Assembly: GCA_963932905.1 (NCBI GenBank)
Contig: CAWVRN010000003.1
Location: 96,001-160,000, forward strand
Direction of reading: 5' to 3'
Length of the DNA: 64,000 bases
Source of the DNA: an uncultured Bdellovibrio sp.
GTDB lineage: Bacteria; Bdellovibrionota; Bdellovibrionia; Bdellovibrionales; Bdellovibrionaceae
The position numbers and the translations under genes are program-made. The notes beneath the pieces were generated by a model. It saw nothing but the letters and a program-made list of their open reading frames with translations. It was not told where the DNA came from and made no database searches. Shown piece by piece: positions 1 to 8,670 of this stretch; within the stretch, counting starts at the first letter, position 1; each line of letters begins with the position of its first letter.

Positions 1-25
1 TAACTATTACTGAAAAGGAAAAAAA

Positions 26-382
26 ATGAAACATTTAGTATTTATTATTCTATTGTCTATTGGATTTACAGCTTGCTCTTCAATGGAGAAATTCAGCCCC
101 GGAGATCAAACCTCTAAAGGCATTCAATTTCGCAAGGGTTCTGAAAAGGGTGTCAAAGTCGGCGATAAAATTCGTGCTTATAAGCGGTATTGTGGCTCTG
201 CAAATGTTGGGTCTAAAGGATGTCGCTTCGAAACAATTGGATTTCTGACGGTTACTCATACTGAAGACAATTCCTCTATTTTAAGAAAGGAAGGAGATTT
301 TGCGCTTTCAGAAGATGTCTATTTGGAAAAGGATAATGATTGTCCCCCAAGAAGGACGAAATCAGATCCTATCTGCATGTAA
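26..382 (+). CDS. Hypothetical lipoprotein
   Basis: 118-aa ORF, AAGGA RBS, hydrophobic signal ending in lipobox-like FTAC. Confidence 0.65.
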   Translation: MKHLVFIILLSIGFTACSSMEKFSPGDQTSKGIQFRKGSEKGVKVGDKIRAYKRYCGSANVGSKGCRFETIGFLTVTHTEDNSSILRKEGDFALSEDVYLEKDNDCPPRRTKSDPICM

Positions 383-394
383 ACCTTGTTTTTC

Positions 395-416
395 GAGCCG
401 GCCTTTATGCCGGCTC
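395..416. terminator. GC-rich hairpin between convergent genes, possible terminator
   Basis: GAGCCGGC-CTTTAT-GCCGGCTC 8-bp stem; A-run at 421-427 would give a U-tract only upstream on the minus strand, so orientation is unclear. Confidence 0.35.
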
Positions 417-488
417 CTTCAAAAAACATCTTACGAGCACTCATTGACTGGTAGTTGCCGACGCCATCCAAATCTAACATTTTTTAGC

Positions 489-953
489 TTAAGTAAGCAG
501 ACTATCTAGATAAACAATCACAATAAAATTATTTTTGCACCAATATGCCCAGTCGCTCTCTTTTATATTACCATGACCAGAACGACATGGTCCAAGATCA
601 CTCGGATGATCCCATTTATAATTCACAAGATATCTGCCACGGTTATAGATCATTCTTCCACTTTTATCAAAAATAGCAAATCGATCAGAGGAAGTAACAT
701 CGTAAAGAAACCCATAAGAAAGTCTCTCTTTGTTGGGTAACTTTTCTATTTCACCTTCTGAAAGAGCTACAACCCCAGCGAACCCACCTTCCATTCCTGT
801 TTCATGATGTGTATTCAAAGTTCCTCGAAGGTATGATTTTGGGTCAAATCCCTCAATACCCCTTAGATCCTGATCCGTTACAAATGGGACATTCTCCTTC
901 GAATGCCGATTCTCTTTCCTTCCGGACAAAATTTCCTTAGAATACTCTAACAC
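489..953 (-). CDS. Hypothetical protein
   Basis: 154-aa ORF with GGAGG RBS before a GTG start; no recognised motif. Confidence 0.55.
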   Translation of the reverse strand: MLEYSKEILSGRKENRHSKENVPFVTDQDLRGIEGFDPKSYLRGTLNTHHETGMEGGFAGVVALSEGEIEKLPNKERLSYGFLYDVTSSDRFAIFDKSGRMIYNRGRYLVNYKWDHPSDLGPCRSGHGNIKESDWAYWCKNNFIVIVYLDSLLT

Positions 954-1052
954 TTACCCTCCCCGTTGAGTTTACTGAGCATTACCTATGAATTGACGAT
1001 TTAATTTAAACATACTTATTTGCTCTCTACTTTTTCTATCAAACGCATGACT

Positions 1053-2054
1053 CTAAAGATTAGAAACAAGCGAAACACGATATAATGCCGATTTACCTGT
1101 AAAAGCATTTGATTCGCCTGAAATTTCAAAAAATTTATTCAAATACAAGTACCCTGACGCTAGCATTTTTTCCGTTACACCTGCATCGCACCATCCAGTT
1201 GTGTAAAATTCAGCGTGGCGATCTATATCTTTTTTAAGCCCCTCAAGAGGGATAGCCGTCGATTCAAAACTTTTTTCTTTTAGCCAAAACAACTCGGGGT
1301 TGCCAGCATATTTAAAGTAAAACGGTATGTCGCCGCGACTTAGTTGTGTAATTTCGGATTCCAGAATATTAGCAGGTAGACTATTAAAAATATTTCTATA
1401 CTCCGAGGTATTTCGAACAATCACTCGAATTGGATGATTTCTTAAATCCTGGCTACTAAGAACAACATCTATTTCCTTCTTTTTTTTAATCACAAGATCA
1501 AACAAATCCAAATATCCGTTCAATATTTCCTGTTTCTGTTCAGAGGTATGCTCTGATTTGCCATTTGCAAAAACACCAATACCGGCGAGTTCATACCCGA
1601 TATGTTTGAAAGGCAGCAAAAGAGTTTCACTTGGCAAAACAAGTTGAGTAAACACAACTTCCACATCGACAGCTTGAAAATGGGTTTCAGTTTTAATTAA
1701 ATTTTGCTTATGTAAATCTCTGATGCCAAAAATATAACAGTACGCAACTAAGGCACCAAAAGCGTAGAAATGCTCATTGGTAATCGCGCCAGGCCATTCA
1801 ACCACTTCTCTAGACCGCCCCCGCCACTTTTCAAGTATTTCTACCTCAAGATTGAAAAGATAGTGAGAAAGCGGCTTATATTGATCGCGCCCTTTAGAAC
1901 AAAAAATATCTCTAAGTGGACTTGATTGCCCAAAGAATAACCACTCCCAGTATACCGATCTGGGTTTTTCAAAATAAAAGCAAGGTAAGGCGTCCGTGCC
2001 TTGCTGAACTCTTTTGACCTCTTGTCCGAAGTTGTGTTTATCCGCTAAAAACAC
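1053..2054 (-). CDS. Stand-alone LanM N-terminal-like (DUF4135) Ser/Thr kinase/dehydratase, no LanC cyclase domain
   Basis: Motifs KPRS, FGALVAYCYIFGIRDLHKQNLI, AVDVEVVF, IRVIVRNTSEY and EITQLSRGDIPFYF match the order and spacing of class II lanthipeptide synthetase dehydratase-domain motifs. Confidence 0.8.
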   Translation of the reverse strand: MFLADKHNFGQEVKRVQQGTDALPCFYFEKPRSVYWEWLFFGQSSPLRDIFCSKGRDQYKPLSHYLFNLEVEILEKWRGRSREVVEWPGAITNEHFYAFGALVAYCYIFGIRDLHKQNLIKTETHFQAVDVEVVFTQLVLPSETLLLPFKHIGYELAGIGVFANGKSEHTSEQKQEILNGYLDLFDLVIKKKKEIDVVLSSQDLRNHPIRVIVRNTSEYRNIFNSLPANILESEITQLSRGDIPFYFKYAGNPELFWLKEKSFESTAIPLEGLKKDIDRHAEFYTTGWCDAGVTEKMLASGYLYLNKFFEISGESNAFTGKSALYRVSLVSNL

Positions 2055-2059
2055 AACGT

Positions 2060-2140
2060 CTAGCCCGCAGAGCTAAGTCCGGCCGTGTGGCCTTCTGCTT
2101 CGGCTTCTAACGCCTCTAGGTCGATGTAAACTATTTCCAT
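2060..2140 (-). CDS. Putative RiPP/signal precursor peptide MEIVYIDLEALEAEAEGHTAGLSSAG (26 aa)
   Basis: Hand-translated; ATG at 2140 with GGGAGGG RBS just upstream, TAG at 2060-2062; fills the gap between kinase and DUF4135 gene; acidic leader-like N-part, Ser/Thr-containing C-part. Confidence 0.75.
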   Translation of the reverse strand: MEIVYIDLEALEAEAEGHTAGLSSAG

Positions 2141-2168
2141 ATACCCTCCCTTTGATGGGTTATTTCCC

Positions 2169-3941
2169 TTAGTGCACAAACGCAGAAGTGATTTGATTTT
2201 CAAAATCAAATTCAACTTCAGAAAGTGTATCTTTTGGGATTATTTTTACTTTTAAATTACGTGCTCGACTTCTGACTGTCTGGTCATCATGCATGCCAGT
2301 GACAAGAAAACTCTCAAACGCAAGACCATGTCGTTCAATAAGGTCCAATCCATTTGATTTTGATTTTAAATCATAATCCATCAAAAAAAGTCGTGATGAA
2401 AATACGTCATTTTGATTCATCAATAACCAACGTTCAAGTTCCATATCCGAGTATAAATGTACAACTTTTAATTTATCGATATCACGTTGAATAATATGGT
2501 CCCACGTTTTATGAATTAAATCATCATCATCAACAATGACTAACTCCTGACCATGAAAAAGCTTGATCAGCCGATCTTGATTGAATTTGTTCAATCTTTT
2601 CATCGTAGAGTATGGAATCGTTAAAGTTACATTTGTTCCGACACCGTCTTCAGAAGATATCTCCACCTGACCTTTAAAGGTTTCAACAATCTTCCTAACG
2701 TGAAAAAGCCCAAGACCGCTACCGTTCATCTTTCCAAATGTCGCGCCTTCTTTCATCAGTTTAGGAAGCACATCCTTTGGAATTCCTATGCCGGAATCTT
2801 TAATTACAAATAAAATATTTTCTTCATTTTTGTTCAGACTAAGATCTATTTGGCCTTTATCTGAAATGGCCTCAATAGAGTTAGTCATTAAATTAATTAG
2901 GGCCAACGTCATCTGACTTTCCGATCCCTGCACAACTATTTTTGAGCCTGCACTATTGATAAAATCTATTTTGATCGATGTTTTCCCATTAAATTTGAGT
3001 TCATTTCTTTTTTGCTCAACAACTTGGCTGATCACATGGACCAAATCAAATTCACTTTCTTTATTAGACTCTATAGCCAAATTTGAGCTAATTAGATTTT
3101 TCGAAACTGACGAAATTTGATCAACTATTTTTTTTAGAGCTTCTTTATCGATGACCCTATTATCACTTGAGTTGTTTAAATAAATTGAAAGTGCACTTAA
3201 CGACCCATTCAGCGCATGACTGACTTGTTTTGCCATTTCAAGCTGACCTTCTGAGAATTTCTTTTGAGCCACTTCACACTCAAGTTGGTTTATGCGCAAA
3301 AAAAGTCGTGCTAATGACGAATCAAGTCTTTTCAATTCGTCTATTTGTGAATCCTTAGACTGAAAGCCGATCTTTGCAAAATCAGATAAATTACCTTCAG
3401 CTTGTATTAGCTTTTCAACTCGCTTCTCAAGCGGCTTTGCAATTTCGTTAGCTGCCCTTGATAGACTCTTTTTTAAACTCAAATACACAAAAACAAAAAA
3501 TACCGTAAACACCGAAATTACGATAAGCAAACGAAATAAGGGACTTTTAAGATCCGTTTCGATTTCCAAATTCATCATTTGTCCATTCGGTAAAATTTCA
3601 GAATAAGAGTCTTTCGAAGATAACATTCCAAAACTTGTAAGTGATCCAGCGTGAGCCCAATGTCGTTGATCTAAATACAGATTTACTCTGACGGGAAATT
3701 CCTGAGTTCTTGACCATGTATCAACAATTCTATTTAACTCACCATCAAAATTAAAGGTGTTTTGACTAGTCACCTGCGCGACTATTATTTCTTTTAGATG
3801 AGATACGATGAATCGCTTAGATTGCTCTTTGTTATACATACTCCACACTAGAGCATATATCACTATACCAACGACAGCAGCCACTAGGCTAATCGTAAGA
3901 ATAGTTTTTACTTTCTGGTTGATCAGTTTAGATAATTTCAA
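2169..3941 (-). CDS. Membrane hybrid sensor histidine kinase with C-terminal receiver-like domain
   Basis: Two TM segments, H-box QVSHALNGSL, N-box NLMTNSIEA, G boxes DSGIGI and GSGLGL, C-terminal VIVDDD...LMDYDL receiver. Confidence 0.9.
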   Translation of the reverse strand: MKLSKLINQKVKTILTISLVAAVVGIVIYALVWSMYNKEQSKRFIVSHLKEIIVAQVTSQNTFNFDGELNRIVDTWSRTQEFPVRVNLYLDQRHWAHAGSLTSFGMLSSKDSYSEILPNGQMMNLEIETDLKSPLFRLLIVISVFTVFFVFVYLSLKKSLSRAANEIAKPLEKRVEKLIQAEGNLSDFAKIGFQSKDSQIDELKRLDSSLARLFLRINQLECEVAQKKFSEGQLEMAKQVSHALNGSLSALSIYLNNSSDNRVIDKEALKKIVDQISSVSKNLISSNLAIESNKESEFDLVHVISQVVEQKRNELKFNGKTSIKIDFINSAGSKIVVQGSESQMTLALINLMTNSIEAISDKGQIDLSLNKNEENILFVIKDSGIGIPKDVLPKLMKEGATFGKMNGSGLGLFHVRKIVETFKGQVEISSEDGVGTNVTLTIPYSTMKRLNKFNQDRLIKLFHGQELVIVDDDDLIHKTWDHIIQRDIDKLKVVHLYSDMELERWLLMNQNDVFSSRLFLMDYDLKSKSNGLDLIERHGLAFESFLVTGMHDDQTVRSRARNLKVKIIPKDTLSEVEFDFENQITSAFVH

Positions 3942-5455
3942 TTTGACCTCATCAAAATCGTTTCAAATGGCATCGTATGAAATCCAAGCGGATGCGCGGG
4001 AATCATTTCAACTTTGTCACTCCAAAGACCCGAAGCCGGTGTTCCAAAGTAAAGTGGAATATTTGTGTAGTGAGCAAGTATTAATTTTTGAATATCTTGA
4101 TACTTTCTAGCTCTTTTTTCTTGGCTGAACTCTTTGGCCGAACTGGCAATCATCGCATCGATTTTGGGATCATCGCAATGAAAGTAATTCGACTCGTATT
4201 TTCCCTTAAAATAGGTCAGCACAGAATAGCCGTCAGGATAGTCAGTGCCTTTGCGACTTACCGTAGCTTCGGCGGTTTTTGAAAACATCCGGGTGAGTTT
4301 TTCTCCTCGAGAGAATTCTTTAAGGACCACTTCGATTTTATCGGTGGTCCACTTTTCTTTAAGATACTCAGCTAATTTTTTGTCAAAATCAGAACCCGCT
4401 AAATAATCAAGCACAAAAGAAACTTTTTTGCCAGCATACGGATTAACATTTTGCTCAAGAACGGGTTTTTCTAATATAGCACCGTAAAATCCGTTTGGAA
4501 TGAGGCCAAACGCTGGGATCAGCTTTTCATTGCCTAATGCCTTAACAAGGTCCTTTTGACTAATTTTATAATAAAGTTCTCGCCGTACTTCAAAAGGTAC
4601 AAACTTAGGATTCAAGATAACAAATGATTCATAGGTTAATTCGGTGGGACTAGACGACCAGCCTTTTTTCTTCAGGGCCGCCGTCGATTGAGCATCTACT
4701 TTGTCGGTATCTAAAGAATCAGTGCGTTCAGCCATCGCTAAATCCACTGGATTCTCTTTAGTTGTAAAAAATGAGATTACTTGTGGAGGGCGCTCACTAT
4801 CGATGTCATCTTTACGCCATTTCTCTAGAGTATACTTTGAAATCTCCACTTTTTTAAGTTTGTAAGGTCCACTAAATCCACCTTCTATCGATAAATTAGG
4901 GTTTAATTTAAAATCCTCAATATCAAGTATCGCGCAATCAACAACTGCCAGTTGTTTTAAAAATAGCGCTGAGGGGTGCGACAACACAATTTGGACTTCA
5001 GAAGGATTTTTTACTTTTACCCCAAATTTTTTTAGATCCCAGGATTTTTTAAACTCCGCTGCTCCTGAAATCACATCGATATCTGCGGCCATGGACGAAC
5101 CTAGGTAAAACAGGCGCGCAAGACTCATCTGTACATGAGTGGCAGTAATTTTCTTACCGTTGGAAAAGTTTAACTCTTTAAGTTTTATGGTATAGTTTAA
5201 TTGATCGCTCGATTCAACCCAAGACTCGGCAAGATCCGTAAGAACATCACCGTTTTGATTATATCGAAAAAGCCCACGATGGAGTTGCATTGCGATCATC
5301 ATCGAAAACGCGTCTTCCATCCGCTGAGGATCAATTTGTAAATTCACATCAGGTAAATGAATATTTAAAGTCATGTTTTCCTTTCGCTCCTGTGTGCATG
5401 CGGTCACTATCACTGTCGCTAGCACCAAAATAATTCTAAAGAGCCGGGCGATCAC
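3938..5455 (-). CDS. Family 5 (OppA/DppA-like) solute-binding lipoprotein, orphan
   Basis: Lipobox VTAC, LHRGLFRY...DLAESW...FSNGKKITA, GPYKL, DYPDGYSVLTYF typical of SBP_bac_5; no permease or ATPase adjacent. Confidence 0.85.
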   Translation of the reverse strand: MIARLFRIILVLATVIVTACTQERKENMTLNIHLPDVNLQIDPQRMEDAFSMMIAMQLHRGLFRYNQNGDVLTDLAESWVESSDQLNYTIKLKELNFSNGKKITATHVQMSLARLFYLGSSMAADIDVISGAAEFKKSWDLKKFGVKVKNPSEVQIVLSHPSALFLKQLAVVDCAILDIEDFKLNPNLSIEGGFSGPYKLKKVEISKYTLEKWRKDDIDSERPPQVISFFTTKENPVDLAMAERTDSLDTDKVDAQSTAALKKKGWSSSPTELTYESFVILNPKFVPFEVRRELYYKISQKDLVKALGNEKLIPAFGLIPNGFYGAILEKPVLEQNVNPYAGKKVSFVLDYLAGSDFDKKLAEYLKEKWTTDKIEVVLKEFSRGEKLTRMFSKTAEATVSRKGTDYPDGYSVLTYFKGKYESNYFHCDDPKIDAMIASSAKEFSQEKRARKYQDIQKLILAHYTNIPLYFGTPASGLWSDKVEMIPAHPLGFHTMPFETILMRSN

Positions 5456-6614
5456 TTAATACCTCTATTTTTTTCGCACTACTTGATACAACCAATCCGA
5501 TACCAATGCTTATTGCCACTACGGCACGAAGAATTGTTTCCGTTTTCAGTGATACGGTATTTGACCACGATCCTACTAAAATTTCGCCAAGGGATAATAT
5601 AACAACCATAATTGCAAATCGAGCACTCGAAACAGCACCAATAGCCGATACCGGCGTGTCGGCTTGGATATGGCCTGATATTCGATGTAAGATAATCCAG
5701 TAGGATATATCTTTGACAAACATCACAAAAAGGGTCTCTGTATTCGGTCCACCGATTTGACCAAGAAGTAAATAAGATCCTCCAAGTACAAACCAAAATG
5801 GAATAGAGCTAAATTTCTTGGCAAACGATCTTTCCATGAATCCTGCAATCCAAACTGACAGGCCATAGCTTGTAAGAAACAATGCGTTCCAAATCGCACT
5901 CTCTCCAGAAACTCGGGCAAAAAATGAAATCAATCCGCCAACGGATACAGCAAGTCCTATATCAAGCACTGCCGCTCGTTTGTTGAATTCAAAATGCTCT
6001 TTAAATTTTTCACTCCACGATGGAGTTCCTAGTTTTGATTGATTCACGTTCTCTTCGTCAGGCATAAAATAAACTATGAGTCCGTTTATCAAAAATGATA
6101 CAAAATCAATTAAGATGGCTATTTTAAGTGAAAGATACTGAATCAGCACTAAGCCAATTAGCCCCGCAAATAGTGTGGCCCCTTGGCTCGCTTTCATTTG
6201 CCAAATGGCGTGTTTTGCATTGGAATCATAACTGTCATCACTTAACAATTTTGATAGTTTAACTCGACTACCAGTTTGGAAATTAACTAACACGGCTCTT
6301 AGAACACACAGACCTAGAAACAAAATATAATTTGTCTGAGACTCATTCCACGCCCAAAACAGCAACAAAGATAAAATACCCGCAAACACCTCAAGAACAA
6401 CCACGGTCTTTTTTGCGCTGAACTGATCTGCCAAGTGCCCCCAGGCTCCAAGAATAAATACCGGTATAAAGCGTTGAAGCCCCAAAATTAGACTTATCTG
6501 TCCTAGATCAAAACCAGCTTTTGGCATGAAGGCCACAAGGCATAGATTAAAAGCAAGACTTCCCATGGAAGAGAGAAACTGCCCTAAATAAAAAAGAAAA
6601 GCCTTGTTTATCAT
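5436..6614 (-). CDS. MFS transporter (putative exporter)
   Basis: 392 aa, many hydrophobic segments, GQFLSSMG N-terminus and GHLADQFSAKK motif A variant. Confidence 0.8.
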   Translation of the reverse strand: MINKAFLFYLGQFLSSMGSLAFNLCLVAFMPKAGFDLGQISLILGLQRFIPVFILGAWGHLADQFSAKKTVVVLEVFAGILSLLLFWAWNESQTNYILFLGLCVLRAVLVNFQTGSRVKLSKLLSDDSYDSNAKHAIWQMKASQGATLFAGLIGLVLIQYLSLKIAILIDFVSFLINGLIVYFMPDEENVNQSKLGTPSWSEKFKEHFEFNKRAAVLDIGLAVSVGGLISFFARVSGESAIWNALFLTSYGLSVWIAGFMERSFAKKFSSIPFWFVLGGSYLLLGQIGGPNTETLFVMFVKDISYWIILHRISGHIQADTPVSAIGAVSSARFAIMVVILSLGEILVGSWSNTVSLKTETILRAVVAISIGIGLVVSSSAKKIEVLSDRPAL

Positions 6615-8026
6615 TAAATGGACCTTTCAAAAATTTGATTTTCAGTAAGGCCAAGATTTTTCTTCATCTCAAAGTATCTTGTTTTTCCAATTCCGAGTAA
6701 CGATATGAGTTTTTTATTGTCGCCGTTTAAAATTTGCAGAGCCCGTTTTAAATAATTTTTTTCAACCCAGTTGATGCCTAAGTTAAAAGTGTCAGCAGAA
6801 ATTTCGGTTTCAGATTGTGGAAATAGATCGTTCGGTATACCAATTTCAATAGTCGGCGCCGACTGACTTTGCAAACTCAAATGTTCAGATTTGATCCAAG
6901 TCTGAGAGTCGCTTTTTGTATGGATACAAGCCCGTTCAATGACATTATCAAGTTCGCGTATATTGCCGCGCCAAGTGTGCTTTTCTAATTTTTCTTTTGC
7001 GTCAGTCGTGAGCTTTGCAAGAGGATGGTATTTTTTAATAAACGCTTCGGCCAGGACAGGGATATCCTCTTTCTTTTCCCTCAGCGGTGTCGTATAAAGC
7101 ATTATTTTATTTAGTCTGTAAAACAGGTCTTCTCTGAACTTTCCTTCGTTGACCATTTTTTCTAAGTTGCGATTAGTTGCAGCTATAATTCGAACATCAA
7201 CGGCTATTTCCTTTTCTGAACCCACCGGAGTTATCACTTTTTCTTGCAACGCCCTAAGTAAACGAACCTGAGCTGACAAACTAAGTTCTCCGATTTCATC
7301 TAAAAAAAGATCGCCTTTGTTGGCCGCTACGAATAAGCCTTGATTATTTTCTGTTGCGCCAGTGAAGGAACCTTTTTTATGACCAAAAAGCGTGCTTTCA
7401 ATTAAATTTTCTGGGATGGCCCCACAGTTTATTGCCACAAACGGTCTTTTGATATTTCCTTCTTGCAGGTGAAATGTTCTAGCAATCAACTCTTTCCCGG
7501 TTCCAGCTTCGCCTTGAATAAGGACCGTCACATTTGTACCTTTGTATTTTGCGATTTCTGATTTTAATTTTAATGTGGATGTTGAATTTCCAAGAATTTG
7601 ATAATGTGACGATTCTTTTGCCACTGCAACTTTTGCTAAATCCGATGTCTCTTGTTTTATCGCCGACATTTTGAGGCAATTAGAAACTCTAAACTTCAAA
7701 CTCGCCACTAGGTCAGGCGAGTTCTTTACAACGTAATCGTCCGCACCAGATTTCATCATATTGACGATTACAGACGGATCGCTCTCACTTGTGAGAATGA
7801 TCACCGGAAAGTCTTTACTGCGCTGTTTTACGGCTCTAAGCACATCTAGACCCGAAACTTCAGGCATATTCAAATCAACGATCATTAAATCAGGACGAAC
7901 TTGACCAAGCAGTCTAAAGGCTACTCCTGCTTCGTTTGCTGTAATTACCTTATACTCATCAGATAGCGCAGCCTTAAGCTGATCGAGGTGATTTTGATCG
8001 TCATCTAATAGCAAAAGTGTATTCAT
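6614..8026 (-). CDS. Sigma54-dependent response regulator (NtrC family: receiver, AAA+, HTH)
   Basis: LLLDDD...DLNMP receiver, GEAGTGKE Walker A, GSFTGA loop, LFLDEIG Walker B, RIIAATNR, FREDLFYRL, WRGNIREL. Confidence 0.95.
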   Translation of the reverse strand: MNTLLLLDDDQNHLDQLKAALSDEYKVITANEAGVAFRLLGQVRPDLMIVDLNMPEVSGLDVLRAVKQRSKDFPVIILTSESDPSVIVNMMKSGADDYVVKNSPDLVASLKFRVSNCLKMSAIKQETSDLAKVAVAKESSHYQILGNSTSTLKLKSEIAKYKGTNVTVLIQGEAGTGKELIARTFHLQEGNIKRPFVAINCGAIPENLIESTLFGHKKGSFTGATENNQGLFVAANKGDLFLDEIGELSLSAQVRLLRALQEKVITPVGSEKEIAVDVRIIAATNRNLEKMVNEGKFREDLFYRLNKIMLYTTPLREKKEDIPVLAEAFIKKYHPLAKLTTDAKEKLEKHTWRGNIRELDNVIERACIHTKSDSQTWIKSEHLSLQSQSAPTIEIGIPNDLFPQSETEISADTFNLGINWVEKNYLKRALQILNGDNKKLISLLGIGKTRYFEMKKNLGLTENQIFERSI

Positions 8027-8053
8027 TTGCGCCCCCCTGACACTAACTAATAT

Positions 8054-8069
8054 AGCGAGAACAATGCCA
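8054..8069 (-). promoter_or_regulatory. Sigma54 -24/-12 promoter of the regulator-MFS-SBP-kinase-peptide-DUF4135 operon
   Basis: Minus strand TGGCATTGTTCTCGCT: GG-N10-GC, 27 nt upstream of the regulator ATG. Confidence 0.7.
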
Positions 8070-8267
8070 GGTTCCGATTGCCGGAGCTAAAGCATTGAAT
8101 ATACTTTTAAATCGAATCTTTTCGAAGAATTAGACTGTTTCTTGAATTGCAGGCGGAGTTCGCCCTAACGAACTAAGTGTGAATTTTTTATAGGAAGTGT
8201 ATTGAATTGTGCTAAAAACTTAGCGGAAATTTGGATGAAATAGAAATGGAGTCAGACGGAGGTTTTG

Positions 8268-8304
8268 AAAAAAAATGGGCGGCCCCTATAGAATCAGGGC
8301 CGCC
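8268..8304 (-). terminator. Rho-independent terminator after the 8318-8518 ORF
   Basis: GGCGGCCC/GGGCCGCC stem followed on the minus strand by a T8 run. Confidence 0.7.
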
Positions 8305-8317
8305 GTGAGCGGCAGAA

Positions 8318-8518
8318 CTATTCAAGATCCTTTCTTACTGTATCAAGATCTTTTATGGTTTCATTTAGTATCGTATAAAATCCAAATAGAACGTCATCAT
8401 AATCTAGAGGTAACGAATGATCTGGATTTTGCGTTTCCAAAAAGTGACTGATAAATCGCATTTTAGATATGATAACGTGAAGTTGATCACTGGCATCTAC
8501 AGATTTGACCGGCTTCAT
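8318..8518 (-). CDS. Small hypothetical protein
   Basis: 66-aa ORF with AGGTG RBS, followed by terminator. Confidence 0.5.
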   Translation of the reverse strand: MKPVKSVDASDQLHVIISKMRFISHFLETQNPDHSLPLDYDDVLFGFYTILNETIKDLDTVRKDLE

Positions 8519-8525
8519 ACATCAC

Positions 8526-8594
8526 CTACCTAGTTAACTTTCGACTGTAATCAGAAAGTGATGAATGGCCTTTTTGTATTTGCTTTAGGACCAT
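8526..8594 (-). CDS. Possible 22-aa ORF MVLKQIQKGHSSLSDYSRKLTR
   Basis: Hand-translated; GAGGT RBS upstream, stop just before the next ORF. Confidence 0.3.
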   Translation of the reverse strand: MVLKQIQKGHSSLSDYSRKLTR

Positions 8595-8670
8595 GATTTT
8601 TACCTCTCGGTGTATTTTCTCGGCGACATAACCGCTGCCAAATAAAATCATAAGAGCCAAAAAAATTTCT

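Noticed and set aside
1053..2140. Classical class II lanthipeptide (bacteriocin) cluster
   Set aside because: No LanC cyclase domain, no Cys in the peptide, no LanT/LanP or immunity genes in the window
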